Assembly: GCF_004010195.1 (NCBI RefSeq)
Contig: NC_057720.1
Location: 17,444,037-17,508,036 of the forward strand
Source: Chiloscyllium plagiosum
Taxonomy: Eukaryota
Direction of reading: 5' to 3'
DNA length: 64,000 bases
The translations under genes were made by a program, and so were the position numbers. Numbering within the stretch: position 1 is the first letter of the stretch; every line of letters starts with the position of its first letter. Below are positions 35,466 through 47,628 of the stretch, one piece after another. The notes under the pieces are model-generated. The model was not told where the DNA came from, made no database searches, and worked only from the letters and a program-made list of their open reading frames with translations.

Positions 35466-37884
35466 CAATTCCCTGGATGAATCAAGAGATATACAGGAGA
35501 GGATTGGAGACAAAGCACAATTGATGAGGTGGGGAGCTTTGAGGTAGTTTCTTTTATTGAAGTGATGGTTTTGAAAGCAGGGAAAGTGTGAGCAAGGTTT
35601 AGCTGGGGAGGGGCAAATGGGTAAATAATGGGTAACCTGAATAATGGAGATCTTTGTATCACCCAACTGGCCCAGAGACAGAGGTCTTCATAAGAAAAGA
35701 AAGCAGAACACAGAAATAACAAGCAAGCTGAAGATGAAAGAGAATATTTGAAATACATGAAGATGAGAATGTTGGAGAAGTAGGCGGGAAGGAAAAATAT
35801 GCCCAACATTAAGGACCTTGGTGTTTTCAAGTTTGCTGAGGATTGTTCACAGCTCTTAGTAAAATATCATTATAGAAAAAACTCTGTGGAAGCTCTGTAA
35901 TCTTCCCACACTGTGGCGTAGCTGAAAGATTGAAAAAGAAGTTAGCTGAATGTGTTGGGTGTGGGGAGGATGTGGGTGTAAGTGATGAAAGGGGAAGAGA
36001 TGTGGAGGAGAATGCTAGAATCTAGAGCAATTAAGGTCACCTATATGTTCCTAGTTACCATGCTTCTTTCAAATGCAGATTTACTGAAACACGGATGCTT
36101 TCCTGCCTTTTGAAATTAGATCACTTTTTTTGCTAATTTATTTACTGATGTTATTAAAATCTATTTTAAAACTTGAATTGTAATATATTACTTTGGTTTG
36201 GAAACTGCAAAGAATTGCATATTCTGTTCTTGCTGGTTAAAACTGCAAAAATGGTTCAGATTGTGTACAATGATAGGATTTCAATGGTGATTAATTTTCG
36301 GGTTACAAATTGGATACCCTATTTGGTTAGGAGGAAATGTTGAGGGCTAAAATTCCAATAATGCCCTAATTTCACTAGAAGTAATATAAGTTATCTTAGT
36401 TTACAGCTATGGTCTCCAACATATAGACTGCGATAGAGTGGATCAGAGTCTCTGACAGTTGATCTCATCTTCTGCCTGTGTTCCCTCACCGTGTGCATGT
36501 CAGTCATCATGCCAGGTCTGGAAGCCACACTGCTAGAGAAAAGTCCATGTTGTTATCAGGCTTTGCCAGCATGTTGCATTGTGTTTCAATGGGGTCCATT
36601 ACAGAGTAAAGCAAGTTTTGAGATGGCAATGTGAACAAATACATAATAAATATATTAGGAATTGATGTGTGAAGCCAATATATTACAGTACTAGAAGCAT
36701 AGGAGGTTATTCAGCCCATCATGAGCTCTGCAAGAGCAGCTCAGCTAGTCCCATTTATCTGCCTGTTCTCTATAGAGCTGCAACTTTTTCCTTCAGCTCT
36801 TTATCTAATAGATCCTTGCAGGGCAAATAAAAAGTTTGGGGAGTAGTGCTGTGCCCCACGTCCAATATTTGATCTATACAAACCAAACAGGGGCCACAGA
36901 AACAAATTGTGACCACAGAAGAGACCTCCTGCGCCTCCGCACTTGAAAGCAGCAATTAACATTCTGGATATTTTAAAGGCATAGACCCAGAGACCGACCT
37001 GCAGAATGACCTGCAACAGAGTGGTGTCATGTGCCTACAGAGTGAACCAATATTGATGAATGATGAAACTGGACCATCTGAAAAGAAATCTAAAATGTAC
37101 AACTTCCACATGAAATGGGAAACAAATTTTGGTTCACAACTGTAAAACATGGCCAATAAAATGTCAAAGTCTTTAAACATGTAATGGGGGAGAGCTGGAG
37201 GGAGAAAAGAAGGGAAAGTGTGACTAAGGATTGAAATTTGACAAAGACATGATGTTGGAAAAGAAGCAAAGTAAGGATTACAAAGAGTGTTGGTATCCAT
37301 GAGTTAGTGAACTTTGTCATCCTTCATACTGGAAAGAAAGGCAAAAACACGCCTCTTAATGAAGGACTGAATGAACCTGGGAATGTAGACAGCTTGGAAT
37401 ACAATGCTGATTAAGGGAGAGATTGCCCTTATTGACCCTTTATATATTTCAGTATCAAATTTTGTTCCTTAATGCTTTTATAAAATGCCTTGAGACATCC
37501 TATTACACTAAAAGCCCTGTGTAAATGCTAGTTGTTATAAATTTCATATAAACATTTGCAAACAATATTCTATATGGGTTGGCAGGAGAAAAATGTCTCT
37601 GAAATCTAGTGGATTGTTGTAAGTGCCAAATATGTTCACAAATATCCTTCAGGGAAGAGAACGGTCAAGCCTAACCTGCTTTTCCTAGACTTGATTGCAG
37701 TCCTACATTCTGAGGTTAATTCTTTATGGTCAAAAACTATGCCTGACCAGTATTTTCTGTATCATTATCTACAACATTAAAACTGTCTCCTAAACTTCAC
37801 CCCATATGGCTCCTATTTTGTTGAATGTTTAATTTATTCAGGGAACTGTAATATACTCAAGGGTCTGTCTGTTTATTCCCATGG

Positions 37885-38017
37885 TGAAAGTGAATACTGC
37901 AGATGCTGGAGATTAGAGTCAAGAGTGTGTTGCTGGAAAAGCACAGCAGGTCGGGCAGCATCTGAGGAACAGGAAAATTGAAGTTTCAAACAAAAGCCCT
38001 TCATAGGAATGAACATA
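37885..38017 (-). mobile_element. Degenerate hammerhead-family monomer with 13-bp TSD
   Basis: tttattcccatgg at 37872-37884 and 38018-38030. Confidence 0.75.
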
Positions 38018-38238
38018 TTTATTCCCATGGATAGGTGTAGAATGTAAAGATTACTTATTGTGTTACATAATGGTTTCAGCCTGATCTAATAACACTGGAG
38101 TATTTGGTAGCTAGTTTTTAGTGCAGTTAGTCAATGCAGCACATGTGTATACAAAATATGTTTTTAAAAACTACTAGTTATTTTGAAAAGGATAACAGTC
38201 ATAATACTCAATTTCTCTTTTTTTCTGTAAACTTCTAG

Positions 38239-38324
38239 GAGTCAGGATTACGGTTCCACTATGTTGCTGCTGGGGAAAGGAGCAAACCCCTTATGCTATT
38301 GTTGCATGGATTCCCAGAGTTCTG
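38239..38324 (+). CDS. EPHX4: EPHX4 exon 2
   Basis: Acceptor ttctAG. Encodes ESGLRFHYVAAGERSKPLMLLLHGFPEF(W), containing the HGFP oxyanion motif. Donor GTaac at 38325. Too short for the ORF track. Confidence 0.95.
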
Positions 38325-39069
38325 GTAACATCTTTGTTTTTACTTTACTAACTCAGTAGTTTATACCAATTGAACACTTTGCTACCCTATTCCCTTATTA
38401 TGTGAACTTGATTACTAAATAAAAATACAATGAACTGCAGCTGATATGATTTGACTGATTTCCCAGCAGCAGTTCCCAAGACAGAAGAACATTAAGAAAT
38501 GTATTGCTTTGAATGTTTCACTAAACCATAATTACCATCATTTCCAGTAACTGTGTTGCAACTACTTGACTTGGTGTTGTGTTTAAAGCTATAATCTGTA
38601 ATGTATACTGAATTATTGATACCTGGAGCTCTGAAGTATGTGTTATTTTAGATAAGTTTAGGAGTGTACGCTTCACTGCTTATTTAACTGTGACTGTAGG
38701 CCCATGGTTAAAAAAGGACTATAATTTGGAATTTTTAATTTTATTTCCTATTTACTACTTTATACTGAGAAGAACTGTAATGTTGAACTTCTAACTTATT
38801 TCTTTATTTTTCTGCTTTTTACCTAAGATTTTGTACCTGGGTACCTTGTACCTAAGATGGCACTGTGAATGGCAACATTGAAAAAACCTTTCTCAGTACT
38901 CCTGTACTTCAGTAAATGTGACAATATAATCTAATTCTAATTCCAGTTCTAATGTAATACTCGAATTGCTGTTATATTGGTTGCTGTAATGAGGGTGAAA
39001 GGTTATTGTAGTATTTGACCTGGAAGTTCATGGTATCATGTACTGTTGGGAGAGACAGAGAGAAAGAGA

Positions 39070-39552
39070 GAGCTCTACACATCTTTCTTATTCCGTGAGA
39101 GTTCATTGAAGCACTGCTTGCATTGAATCCTAGTTTTTAAGATAATGCTCTTGTTGTTGACAATCTCAGCCATGTCTCTCCATGTCGGGTGCAATGGGTG
39201 CTTTTGGATCCAACAAGCATGGGGTCCAAAGACAGCTTCTTCCTCTTTTCTCACTAACCTCTTCAAGCAGGACCTCAAGGGACCACACCTGTGAAATGTT
39301 TGAGCAATTGCCTATACTCACAGTAAAACTGTAAAATCTCATAGAAGAAGGTACATCTTTGCTTTGAGAGGTGCATTTCTGCTCTATTTAGATATTGCAA
39401 GAGAGTAGGTTTTCCTGTCGGGTCAGTCACGGAGTTGGAAACCCACTTGCAATTTTATAAGGAGTTTGGGAGTTGAGGTATGGTAAGCTTCTGCTCTTGG
39501 ATGAGAGGCGTTTCACAATTGTCCCACCAATCGCCAGCCCAAAATCAGCCCC
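39070..39552 (-). mobile_element. Harbinger fragment with Myb/SANT-like ORF relic and terminal motif
   Basis: LKRLVRKEEEAVFGP...TWRDMAEIVNNKS..KT.IQCKQCFNEL resembles a trihelix/Myb domain; aaaatcagcccc at the end. Confidence 0.6.
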
Positions 39553-39611
39553 AAACCTCAATAAAACAATGAATGTATAAGATTGATGTAATGCAATTAT
39601 TCAGTACTTAA

Positions 39612-40037
39612 CCATAGAATCATAGAATCCTTACAGTATGGAAGCAGGCCATCGGCCCATCGAGGTTACGCTAATCCTCAGAACAGCATTCCATCTCAAA
39701 CCCCCCCATCCTATCCCTATAACCCTGCATTTCCCACAGCCAATCCATCTAACCTACAAATCTTAACAGCAAGAATGCTCAGTCTCTAATAGGCGACTGA
39801 CTGTGTGGAGTTTGCACATTCTCCCCATGTCTGTGTGGGTTTCCTCCGGGTGCTCCGGTTTCCTCCCACAGTCCAAAGGTGTGCAGGTCAGGTGAATTGG
39901 CCATGCTAAATTGCCCGTAGTGTTAGGTGAAGGGGTAAATATAGGGGAATGGTTGTGCTTTGGCAGGTCGGTGTGGACTTGTTGGGCCGAAGGGCCTGTT
40001 TCCACACTGTAAATAATCTAATCTAATCTAATCTAAT
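39612..40037. mobile_element. Two truncated HE1-type SINEs head-to-head (39612-39762 -, 39787-40037 +)
   Basis: V core and (ctaat)n tail on the + copy; reversed 3' part on the left. Confidence 0.75.
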
Positions 40038-40365
40038 TTTGAGTAGCACCATTGGCACTGCATAAGACCATAAGATATAGGAGCAGAATTAGGTTTTCAT
40101 TGAGCCTGTTCCACTGTTCAATCATGGCCGAGATGTTTTTCAACCCCATTCTCCTGCCTTCATCCTGTAACCCTCGAACCCCTTACCAATCAAGAACCTA
40201 ATATAGAGTAATAAAGATATACAGCATGGAAACAGAACCTTCGGTCCAACCTGTCCCACCTGCCAGAACCCGGCCCATATCCCTCCAAACCCTTCCTATT
40301 CATGTAACCATCCAGATGCCTCTTAAATACTGCAATTGTACCAGCCTCCACCACTTCCTCTGGCA

Positions 40366-40566
40366 TAGAGTGGTGCTGGAAAAGCAGAGCAGTTCAGGCA
40401 GCATCCAAGGAGCAGGAAAATCGACGTTTCCAGCAAAAGCCCTTCATCAGGAAATGCCTGAAACGTCGATTTTCCTGCTCCTCGGATGCTGCCTGAACTG
40501 CTGTGCTTTTCCAGCACCACTCTAATCCAGACTCGGGTTTCCAGCATCTGCAGTCCTCGTTTTTAC
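40366..40566. mobile_element. Second inverted dimer of a hammerhead-bearing subfamily (CTGATGA core)
   Basis: Inverted arms around cttcatcaggaaatgcctgaaacg. Flanks ccacttcctctggca (40351-40365) and ccagttcctctggca (40567-40581). Confidence 0.8.
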
Positions 40567-40959
40567 CCAGTTCCTCTGGCAGCTCATTCGTCCTCGTTTT
40601 TACCCAGTTCCTCTGGCAGCTCATTCCATACACGTGCCACCCTCTGTAGGAAAAAGATGCCCCTTAGGTCTTTTTGATATCTTTCCCCTCTCACCCTAAA
40701 CTTATACCCTCTAGTTCTGGACTCCCCGACCCCAAGGAAAAGACTTTGTCTATTTACCTTATCCATGCCCCTCATGATTTTGTAAACCTCTATAAGGTCA
40801 CCCCTCAGTCTCCAATGCTCCAGGGAAAACAGCCCCAGTCTGTTCAACGTCTCCCTATAGCTCAGATCCTCCAACCCTGCCAACATCCTTGTAAATCTTT
40901 TCTGAACCCTTTCAAGTTTCACAACATCTTTCCGATAGGAAGGAGACCAGATTTGCATG

Positions 40960-41681
40960 NNNNNNNNNNNNNNNNNNNNNNNNNNNNNNNNNNNNNNNNN
41001 NNNNNNNNNNNNNNNNNNNNNNNNNNNNNNNNNNNNNNNNNNNNNNNNNNNNNNNNNNNNNNNNNNNNNNNNNNNNNNNNNNNNNNNNNNNNNNNNNNNN
41101 NNNNNNNNNNNNNNNNNNNNNNNNNNNNNNNNNNNNNNNNNNNNNNNNNNNNNNNNNNNNNNNNNNNNNNNNNNNNNNNNNNNNNNNNNNNNNNNNNNNN
41201 NNNNNNNNNNNNNNNNNNNNNNNNNNNNNNNNNNNNNNNNNNNNNNNNNNNNNNNNNNNNNNNNNNNNNNNNNNNNNNNNNNNNNNNNNNNNNNNNNNNN
41301 NNNNNNNNNNNNNNNNNNNNNNNNNNNNNNNNNNNNNNNNNNNNNNNNNNNNNNNNNNNNNNNNNNNNNNNNNNNNNNNNNNNNNNNNNNNNNNNNNNNN
41401 NNNNNNNNNNNNNNNNNNNNNNNNNNNNNNNNNNNNNNNNNNNNNNNNNNNNNNNNNNNNNNNNNNNNNNNNNNNNNNNNNNNNNNNNNNNNNNNNNNNN
41501 NNNNNNNNNNNNNNNNNNNNNNNNNNNNNNNNNNNNNNNNNNNNNNNNNNNNNNNNNNNNNNNNNNNNNNNNNNNNNNNNNNNNNNNNNNNNNNNNNNNN
41601 NNNNNNNNNNNNNNNNNNNNNNNNNNNNNNNNNNNNNNNNNNNNNNNNNNNNNNNNNNNNNNNNNNNNNNNNNNNNNNNNN
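40960..41681. other. Assembly gap (722 N)
   Basis: Run of N. Confidence 1.
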
Positions 41682-43515
41682 TCAGGCTCACCGGTCTATA
41701 GTTCCCTGGCTTGTCCTTACCGCCCTTCTTAAACAGTGGCACCACGTTAGCCAACCTCCAGTCTTCCGGCACCTCACCTGTGACTATCGATGAACAAATA
41801 TCTCAGTAAGAGGCCCAGCAATCACTTCCCTCGCTTCCCACAGAGTTCTAGAGTACACCTGATCAGGTCCTGAGGATATATTTATCCACCTTTATGCATT
41901 TCAAGACATCCAGCACTTCCTCCTCTGTAGAATGGACATTTTGCAAGGTGTCACCATCTATTTCCCGACAATCTATATCTTGCATATCCTTTTCCACAGT
42001 AAATACTGATGCAAAATACTCGTTTAGTATCTCCCCCCATTTTCTGTGGTATCCATCTCACTCATAATACACTCAATGACTTGGCCTCCACAGCCTCTAC
42101 AGCAATGAGTTCCACAGATATTCCACCCCTTGGCTGAAGAAATTCATTCTCATCTCAGTTGTAAAAGGTCATCCACTTACTCTGAGGCTGTGCTGTTGGG
42201 TTGTGGTCTCTCCTACTAGTGGAAACACCTTCTCCATGTCCACTCAATCCAGGCCTCACAGTATTCTGTAAGTTTCAACCAGATTTCCCACTCATCCTGT
42301 TAAACTCCATTGAGTAAAGGCCCAGAGTCCTCAAATTCTCCTCATTGACAAGCCCTTCATCTATGAGATCATTCCTGTAATCCTCCTCTGGACCCCCTTC
42401 AATGCTAGCACATTTTTTTCTTAGATATGGAACTCAAAACCTCTCATGATATTCCAAATGTGGTCTGATCACAGCGTTATACAGACTCAGCAGTAGATCT
42501 CTGCTCTTGTATTCTATCGCTCCTGAAATGAAGGCTAACATGCTTAAGAGAATCCTGAACCATGACTCCAAGTCCCTTTGATGTGTGAATTTCCTTCAGG
42601 TCTCTGAAGCCTTTCCCCATTTAGAAAATAATGTAAATCTCTATTCTTCCTACCAAACTGCATAACCGTACACATTTTGTTCCATCTGCCATTTCTTTGC
42701 CCATCCTCCTAGCCTGCCCAAGTCCTTCTGCAGCTTCTCCACTGCCTTAACACTACCTGTCCCTCCTCCTATCTTTTATCTGCAAATTTAGCAACTATGT
42801 CCTCAGTTCCTTTGTCCAGATCTGTATCCAGTGAATAGTTGTGGCCTCAACACTGACCCCTGCAGAACATCACGAGTCCCTGGCTGCCACCTTGAAAATG
42901 ACCCCTTTATCCTCACTCTATGCTTTCTGCCTGTCAACCAAATCCTCTGTCCATGCCAGTACCTTGTGCCTAATATCTTGAGCTGTTATCTTATTTAACA
43001 GCCTCGTGTACAGTACCTTGTCAAAGGCCTTTTGGAAATCCAAATAGATCATATCCACTGACTCTGTTTTGTTTAACCTGCTTGTTACGTCCTCAAAGCA
43101 TTCTAACAGATTTGTCAGACATGACCTCACTTTCGCAAAGCTGTGCTGACTCCACCCTATAGTACCATTTTCCTTTTTCATAATTCAATACCTTTTGTTA
43201 GTGGATGATATTATGTTTGTACCATGAAGTTAGCCTTTTATTATATACTTTATGAGCTTTTGAACTGTGTATACAACTTTCTCAGGTTGGTTCATCACAA
43301 ATGGGAGTGTGTCATTTAACCACATTACCTATGCATCATGCTGTTAGCTAAATAAACTTGGGTCCACTTCATTACCTATAATCATCAATGACATTGAAAA
43401 TGGACACGACCTTTGCTGATGACATCATTTCTTCCCTCACCATGAGCTTTCAATGTGAAAAGTAAGCTATGACGCAAAATCTCTACCGGGACAAAATTGA
43501 ATAGACAAAATTGAA

Positions 43516-43622
43516 AAAAAACAGAAAGTGCTAGAGGAACTCAGTTGGTCTGGTAGTGTATGTGGAAAGAGAAACAAAGTTAATGGTTTGAGTCTGGGGA
43601 CCCTTCTTTGGAACTTGAAACC
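43516..43622 (-). mobile_element. Older related Penelope-derived short element with 13-bp TSD
   Basis: agacaaaattgaa at 43503-43515 and 43623-43635. Relatives at about 28871-28945 (-) and 61655-61750 (+). Confidence 0.55.
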
Positions 43623-44058
43623 AGACAAAATTGAATTATCCCTTGATATATAGTGTATCTACTATAATGAAAAAGCAAGTCTGGTGGTTCATTCAGAAAA
43701 ATGGACTGTGATGGTTCCCAGCAAGATCTGGTTAATGGACTGTAAATTGTCCAATTGTGAAGCTTTTCTCCTTGGATAGATTCTCTGTCTATTGATTAAG
43801 ATTGGACAAAAATTTTCACCTTGGCTAAATGGTGAAATCTAATTGAACTAACAAAAGGTATTGGTGAATGACTTCCTGAGAATATGGTGGATGTGGGTAC
43901 AGTTACAATGTTTAAAAGACATTTGGGTAAGTACATGGATAGGAAAGGTTTGGAGTGATATGGGCCAGGAGCAGGCAGGTGGGACTAGTTTAGTTTGGGA
44001 TTATGATCAGTATTGAATGGTTTGACCAAAGGGCTTGTTGCCATACTGTATGACTCCA

Positions 44059-44295
44059 TGGTGAAATAACTCCACAGAGGCCAGTATCCCGTTATGAGGT
44101 CACCCTTTATTTACACATGGAGAGTCCTTGATACTTATCCAGTTCCCTCAGAGCCAGCTCTCAAGAGTATCAGAATGCTTGACACTGTTTTTTTTATTGT
44201 CAGCCAAGGCTCCCCAATTGACCAGGTTAATAGCGCCGACCAGAGAACTCAGATTCAATAATTTCCACTTGGCTGAGCTCGTTATAATCACTACA
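44059..44295 (-). mobile_element. Probable short solo LTR
   Basis: TG...CA termini and AATAAA on the minus strand; no TSD seen. Confidence 0.4.
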
Positions 44296-44329
44296 GGTGG
44301 TTAAGATCATCTAATTCATTAAGGCATAG

Positions 44330-45370
44330 CAGCTATTATCAGAGAGCCATTGCTCAGGAATCCATACCTCCACCATTGCAGGTTCGAGTGGTTGGCGGAA
44401 GGGAGGACTGTGGCTGCGAGAGTGACCAAAGATGGGGACGTGCTGGGTGGTAGAGGCCTGGGCTGGACATTGGTGCAGGAATTGGCAAGCAGGGTGGCAG
44501 TGGACACCCAGTTCATGGCTGACGCCATCCTACACCTGAAAACGGCAGCGCTTGGACTCGATGTTGTGTACCAGTTGGAGGATGCTCAGGCGTGCGGTGA
44601 AATTCCGTCTGCACGTTCCCCTGTTTGGTTGGAATTTCACATTGGCCCCAAAGTCCTGAACCTGCCACAACCTGAGCTGCCTCCTGAATATGTGCTGTGC
44701 GTTATTTCGGGAGGTGAAATAACAGTTCCTTTACAGGCTGCTGCTGCATACCGTCCACCTTGATTCTTATGTCTGCTGCCTGGACATGCCTTAGCATGCT
44801 TACTTGCCGCTGGGCAGTGGGGATGTGGATGTCTGTCTACACAGGAGTCCTCCATCCTTCCATCAGGAACCTGGGGTGGAGGGTTTTGCAAGCAGCAATC
44901 CCTTATAACTGTAAATTGCAGTGGTTCACGGACTCCATGCACAACAGTTTATTTTGCGGTGCTGCGGAGTCTGTGGACCATGTGTATATTGGTTGTGGTG
45001 TTACCACTTCCTTTTTTAATTATTTGAAAAAGCTTCTGTTGTGATTTTTGTTGCACTTTAGCCCCATGTTCCTGTCCTTTGGCCACCATGCGCAGAGGTG
45101 AGAGGGTAAATTGGAAAACCTTCTCATGGGTCTGCTCCAGGGCCTGGCCAGGCTAGGCTGGCAATAAACAGGTCCAGGCAGTAGACCATGGAGTGGGACA
45201 TCTCTGCCAACTGCCTGTCCCTTTTCCATGGTGATCTTCAAGCCCACGTATCATTGGAGAGGGATCATGTGGTGTCCACTAATGCTTTCAATGCCTTTAG
45301 GGAGAGGTGGGCACCGGGGGGATGCGGTGCTTTAATTGCCTCTCCAACTTCATTTTGATTGAGATCCCAC
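44330..45370 (+). mobile_element. Tx1/L1-clade LINE ORF2 C-terminal relic
   Basis: WMSVYTGVLHPSIRNLGWRVLQAAIP.N...LFCGAAESVDHVYIGC resembles the zf-RVT region. Confidence 0.7.
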
Positions 45371-47326
45371 TTTCTTTCCCTAAGCTCCTTTCACTTTTTA
45401 ATGACAGCATTTCCTTTAACAGGCTTTGTTTGAAAATGTTACATTACCCACATGAGTGTTTTACTGGTGATTGAGAAAAAAATGAAGGAAACTTGACATT
45501 TCTTATCACAGTTACTAGTTCAGCATTCTAAAATAGCTAAATCTGCCTAGCCTGGAAAATTGAAATCCTGTTTGGCACACTGTATGGAGAAACTCTTACC
45601 TTCTCTTCCTGAGTTAAATAAAGTGCAAACTCAAGGGGCCCTATTCTAATTCTGTAACTAAATTGTTTTTTAGTGAATTGCAATTGCACTCACTAATGGA
45701 CAAGAAGACATTGACTTTCTCATTATTAGAATCTGTCTTCCCCAACATTAAAAAAAATGGTCAAGCTGCAGATTTTCAGTTGGACTTTTTGGAGCAGCAT
45801 TCAAAACTGCTTGTGCTTAAATCTTATTCCCATTTTTTTGCAAGCACACAAGAGCTCATACAAATACACCCCAGTGTTCTGTATCAGGCCAACTGTTCAG
45901 GCAAAAAGCCAATAACAAAGCTTTGTGCATCTCTCGACCTGCCTGTAGAGACACGTTCCAAATAATGTAATTGCTTGGACCACTGTCTCTAGTGTGCACA
46001 GTTGGCCATCAATTACTGAGCGAGGGTTTCTGGAGCAGACATTAGTCTTTGGAAAATCTGTTGCTCATTTGTCTGGAGGTACAATTTCTACCATGTCTTA
46101 ATAGCAGTCTGAAGATAGTCAGTCTCACAAGAGTCCTTAAACTATGTTTCCTAATATACTAAAATAGCCTTGGGTTTAAAAAAAACTCTGTCATACTTAA
46201 AATGCCTACATTTGCAGTGAAAGTGCCCTGCAAATCTGACTAAAACACAAGGACATTCTTAATATATTTACAATGGGAATGTCCTACAATGAAGACTATA
46301 GTGCTAGGGCATTCTATATTTATAATCAAATGTCCTACATATGAAACAACTGTAACATGCAGATGGTCTTTTTCACAGTAAAAGGAGATTAAGCTGACTC
46401 AAGTTAAGTACAAGTTTTCCAGGTATGTATTGTTCAGTCCCAGTGTCTTAAAACCAACATTATAGTATGCTGTAGCTACAGTACTTTTAAAGTCATTGTA
46501 TCTGAGTTATCAATATTTCAGAATAAATCCATCGCTAAAACGTTTGTATAATTTGTGTTCTGAACCTTCCTGTCCTTGATCTAATTTTGATTTACTGGAT
46601 CAGTTTCATTTTGCCCACAGAATGTTTAATAAAATATTGCAAAATTCAGGTGTACCATTCCTATACTTTCAGGCATTACAATTTCATATTAGAATTTATA
46701 ACATTCATAACATCCTCTAAAATGGAATCCAAGTATTTCATAATGTCTTGTGTAAGAATCCGTGGTAATTTAAAAATAGAGTTATTTAATGAAAATGTCT
46801 ATATTTCCTGCAACATAACCAAACATTCAAATCTCAATTAACTTTCAAACTTGGCAATAACTTAGAGTTAAAATTAAATTAAAATATTGAAGCAAGCCAC
46901 TTATCCTAATCAGTCCAAGATGTTTATCCTCCACTTGCATTATAATTTTAAACAACTCGATAATGTTAATCACTCCTCAATTTTATCTTCTAACATTTGC
47001 AATGCTTTCTTAATTTTTTGCAATTTATTTTACCACTATCTCAGTTACACTGACTTGTACTTTCTCTGTTACCTCAATCTTATTCCTACATGGGAGAGAC
47101 CAACACTGCCTTATCTGCTTGAGTTACCTCAAGTTTTAATGTCTTGTGAACGGCAGCTCACAAATTTCCTTGTGTTTCTGTATTATCTAACATTCATCCA
47201 TTCAGAGTATAATCATATTCTCAATACTTGCACTGAATTTCACCCAAAACACTTCCTTACCCATTCCACTATTCTTGCACCTTCTTAAATGGTGAATATT
47301 TAATCACTTAAAAACATGAGCTTCAT

Positions 47327-47628
47327 GATTAGATTAGATTACATTACATTACAGTGTGGAAACAGGCCCTTCGGCCCAACAAGTCCACACCGACCCGCCG
47401 AAGCGCAACCCACCCATACCCCTACATTTACCCCTATACCTAACACTATGGGCAATTTAGCATGGCCAATTCACCTGACCTATATATCTTTGGACTGTGG
47501 GAAGAAACCCACGCAGACACGGGGAGAACGTGCAAACTCCACACAGTCAGTCGCCTGAGGCGGGAATTGAACCCGGGTCTCTGGCGCTGTGAGGCAACAG
47601 TGCTAACCACTGTGCCACCGTGCTGCCC
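47327..47628 (-). mobile_element. HE1-type V-SINE, near complete
   Basis: Head gggcagcacggtggcacagtggttagc...gggttcaattccc; (gtaat)n/(ctaat)n tail. Confidence 0.9.

Larger units (their letters stand above)
40060..43165 (-). mobile_element. Older CR1 (40060-40200 and 42050-43165) split by a younger CR1 (40205-42045)
   Basis: The outer pieces are colinear (compare the intact junction at about 55180-55230). The inner copy encodes WSPSYRKDVVKLERVQKRF and DWRLANVVPLFKKGG. Confidence 0.8.

Noticed and set aside
38750..38950. Repeat shared in reverse with about 51400-51690
   Set aside because: Clearly an interspersed repeat end, but the family could not be assigned and nothing unusual was seen.
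40674..41793. Long ORFs of 278-352 aa
   Set aside because: Artefacts of translating through the N gap.
47560..47628. tRNA-like sequence
   Set aside because: Head of an HE1-type SINE, contiguous with the SINE core; not a tRNA gene.
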